Below are positions 60,556-61,674 of a stretch of 61,674 nucleotides of DNA, one piece after another. Both the position numbers and the translations under genes were made by a program. The stretch is from the NCBI GenBank assembly GCA_001563805.1, contig LKMK01000001.1, positions 1 through 61,674 of the forward strand, read 5' to 3'. Numbering within the stretch: position 1 is the stretch's first letter; the number at the start of each line of letters is the position of its first letter. Below the pieces are notes generated by a model, which saw only the letters and a program-made list of their open reading frames with translations, was not told the origin of the DNA and searched no databases. Origin of the DNA: Natrialbaceae archaeon B1-Br10_E2g2 (lineage in GTDB: Archaea; Halobacteriota; Halobacteria; Halobacteriales; Natrialbaceae).

Positions 60556-61506
60556 ATGAGCACGTCTCAACACCCGGTTGCCCTCCGCCTCGAGCGACTC
60601 GTAGGCGGCGATGCGCGCCTGCTCGCGTTAGTGATGATGCTGCCGCTGATCGACGGCGTCTTCCCGGCGTTGATCCTCGCCGGCGCACTCGACGATCCCC
60701 TGGGGGCCGTCCAGGTCGGTCTGCTGATCTTCGGCGGCAGTGCGACGGTCGCGGTGATCCTCGCCGAGATGACGGGGACGCCACGTGAGCAGGCGGCGAT
60801 CGTCCTGCTCGTGGGGATCCCGCTGATACTGCTTGCGGCCGTCCAGGCGGCGCTCGCTCCGGCGATCGGGAGCGTCATCGACATCGTCATCTTCGAGCGC
60901 TTCGCTGCACTGGTGATCGCCGCCATCGCCGCCAAGACCGCCAGCGCGACCGTCGGCGAGTACCTCCCGAGCCCCGCGGTCATCATCGGCCTGGGGCTCG
61001 TCGCCAGCATCGACCCGAACGGGGCGGCGTTTATCGTGATGGACGACCTCGCGCTCGTCGCCAACGCCACCCTCGCCGCAGTCGTCGGCGTCGCGTTCGC
61101 CCTCGTCGTCGCCCTCGGCGGCCCGTACCTACGCGAGTACATGGATATCGATCGGTTCCGCTTCGGCAGCGCCGTCGCGCTCGGCCTGCTGCCGCTGTCG
61201 CTGCTCGGGATGGCCTTCGGGCAAGCCCCACTGGCCGCGCTCGTCGTCGCCGCCATCTTCGCGATCGACGTCCCAGTCGGCTTCGACCGGGACTCGAGCG
61301 AGGAGGGTGACGACCCCGACGAGTCGGCCCTCGGCGTCCACGAACTCGGGAGCATCATCGACGGCCGAGAGCCCGACTCGGAGACGATCTTCGGCGGCTG
61401 GGTCGCCTCGAGGCCGGAAGTCGACGAGGAGTCGGACGCCGTCGACGGATCGGCGGCTCCAGGAACCGACTCGACGGAGACCGACGGCCGCGCCCCCTGG
61501 CTATAA
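60556..61506 (+). CDS. DUF5794-like haloarchaeal membrane protein
   Basis: MSTSQHPVALRLE...LPLIDGVFPAL...IDRFRFGSAVALG...RAPWL; lies upstream of tRNA-Trp. Confidence 0.75.
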   Translation: MSTSQHPVALRLERLVGGDARLLALVMMLPLIDGVFPALILAGALDDPLGAVQVGLLIFGGSATVAVILAEMTGTPREQAAIVLLVGIPLILLAAVQAALAPAIGSVIDIVIFERFAALVIAAIAAKTASATVGEYLPSPAVIIGLGLVASIDPNGAAFIVMDDLALVANATLAAVVGVAFALVVALGGPYLREYMDIDRFRFGSAVALGLLPLSLLGMAFGQAPLAALVVAAIFAIDVPVGFDRDSSEEGDDPDESALGVHELGSIIDGREPDSETIFGGWVASRPEVDEESDAVDGSAAPGTDSTETDGRAPWL

Positions 61507-61552
61507 CCCGAATCGAAACCGCTTTAGGGCACATCCCCCAACGATGACTCGA

Positions 61553-61674
61553 GGGGTCGTGGCCAAGCCAGGCATGGCGACTGACTCCAGAGGTCCCGCG
61601 CCCGGGACGACACTCCAGACTGATATACTGATCGGACACCTGATCAGTGTCCGTGTGATGACCCTCTGGAGTTC
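61553..61674 (+). tRNA. tRNA-Trp(CCA): 5' exon plus most of the long intron, truncated by window edge
   Basis: GGGGTCG-TGGCCAAGCCAGGCATGGCG-ACTGA-CT CCA G (anticodon 61587-61589), followed by intron-type sequence instead of the 3' anticodon stem. Confidence 0.9.
61591..61674 (+). ncRNA. Box C/D guide RNA embedded in the tRNA-Trp intron (partial)
   Basis: Box D' CTGA 61628-61631, box C' GTGATGA 61655-61661, guide CTCTGGAGT 61664-61672 complementary to ACTCCAGAG 61584-61592. Confidence 0.85.

Overview
Chromosomal segment of a GC-rich extremely halophilic archaeon (class Halobacteria, probably Natrialbales, judged from acidic proteins and CTCGAG-rich DNA). It opens with the spc ribosomal-protein operon (S17 3' end to secY). 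The usual archaeal secY-adk-DUF106-cmk-cbf5 string follows but is interrupted by: a low-GC poly-gamma-glutamate-type capC-capC-capB islet, a heme-copper oxidase cluster (coxB, fused coxA/C, coxD) with a membrane-anchored subtilase lodged inside it, and a mosaic pilin-like DUF7289 gene. Next come tRNA-Pro, an Nmad3-family gene, ndh, arginase, a SirR/DtxR regulator with a ZIP transporter, gyrA/gyrB, a CPA2 antiporter, gshA, an acyl-CoA ligase, fibrillarin/Nop5, an APC permease, an RND + COG1361 + TrmB module, a sensor kinase, tRNA-Leu and the 5' part of an intron-containing tRNA-Trp. I saw no CRISPR array, transposase or integrase. The most unusual signals are: a 313-bp gyrB-gyrA spacer packed with seven perfect GC-N(2-3)-GC hairpins; an alternating purine/pyrimidine tract at the gyrB promoter; an A1-type oxidase lacking the K-channel Thr/Lys; two matching TTAG-N6-CTAA operators; a 59-bp duplication of the tRNA-Leu 3' end; and strong iteration of CTCGAG in non-coding DNA. 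All family calls come from motif recognition by eye; no database searches were run.
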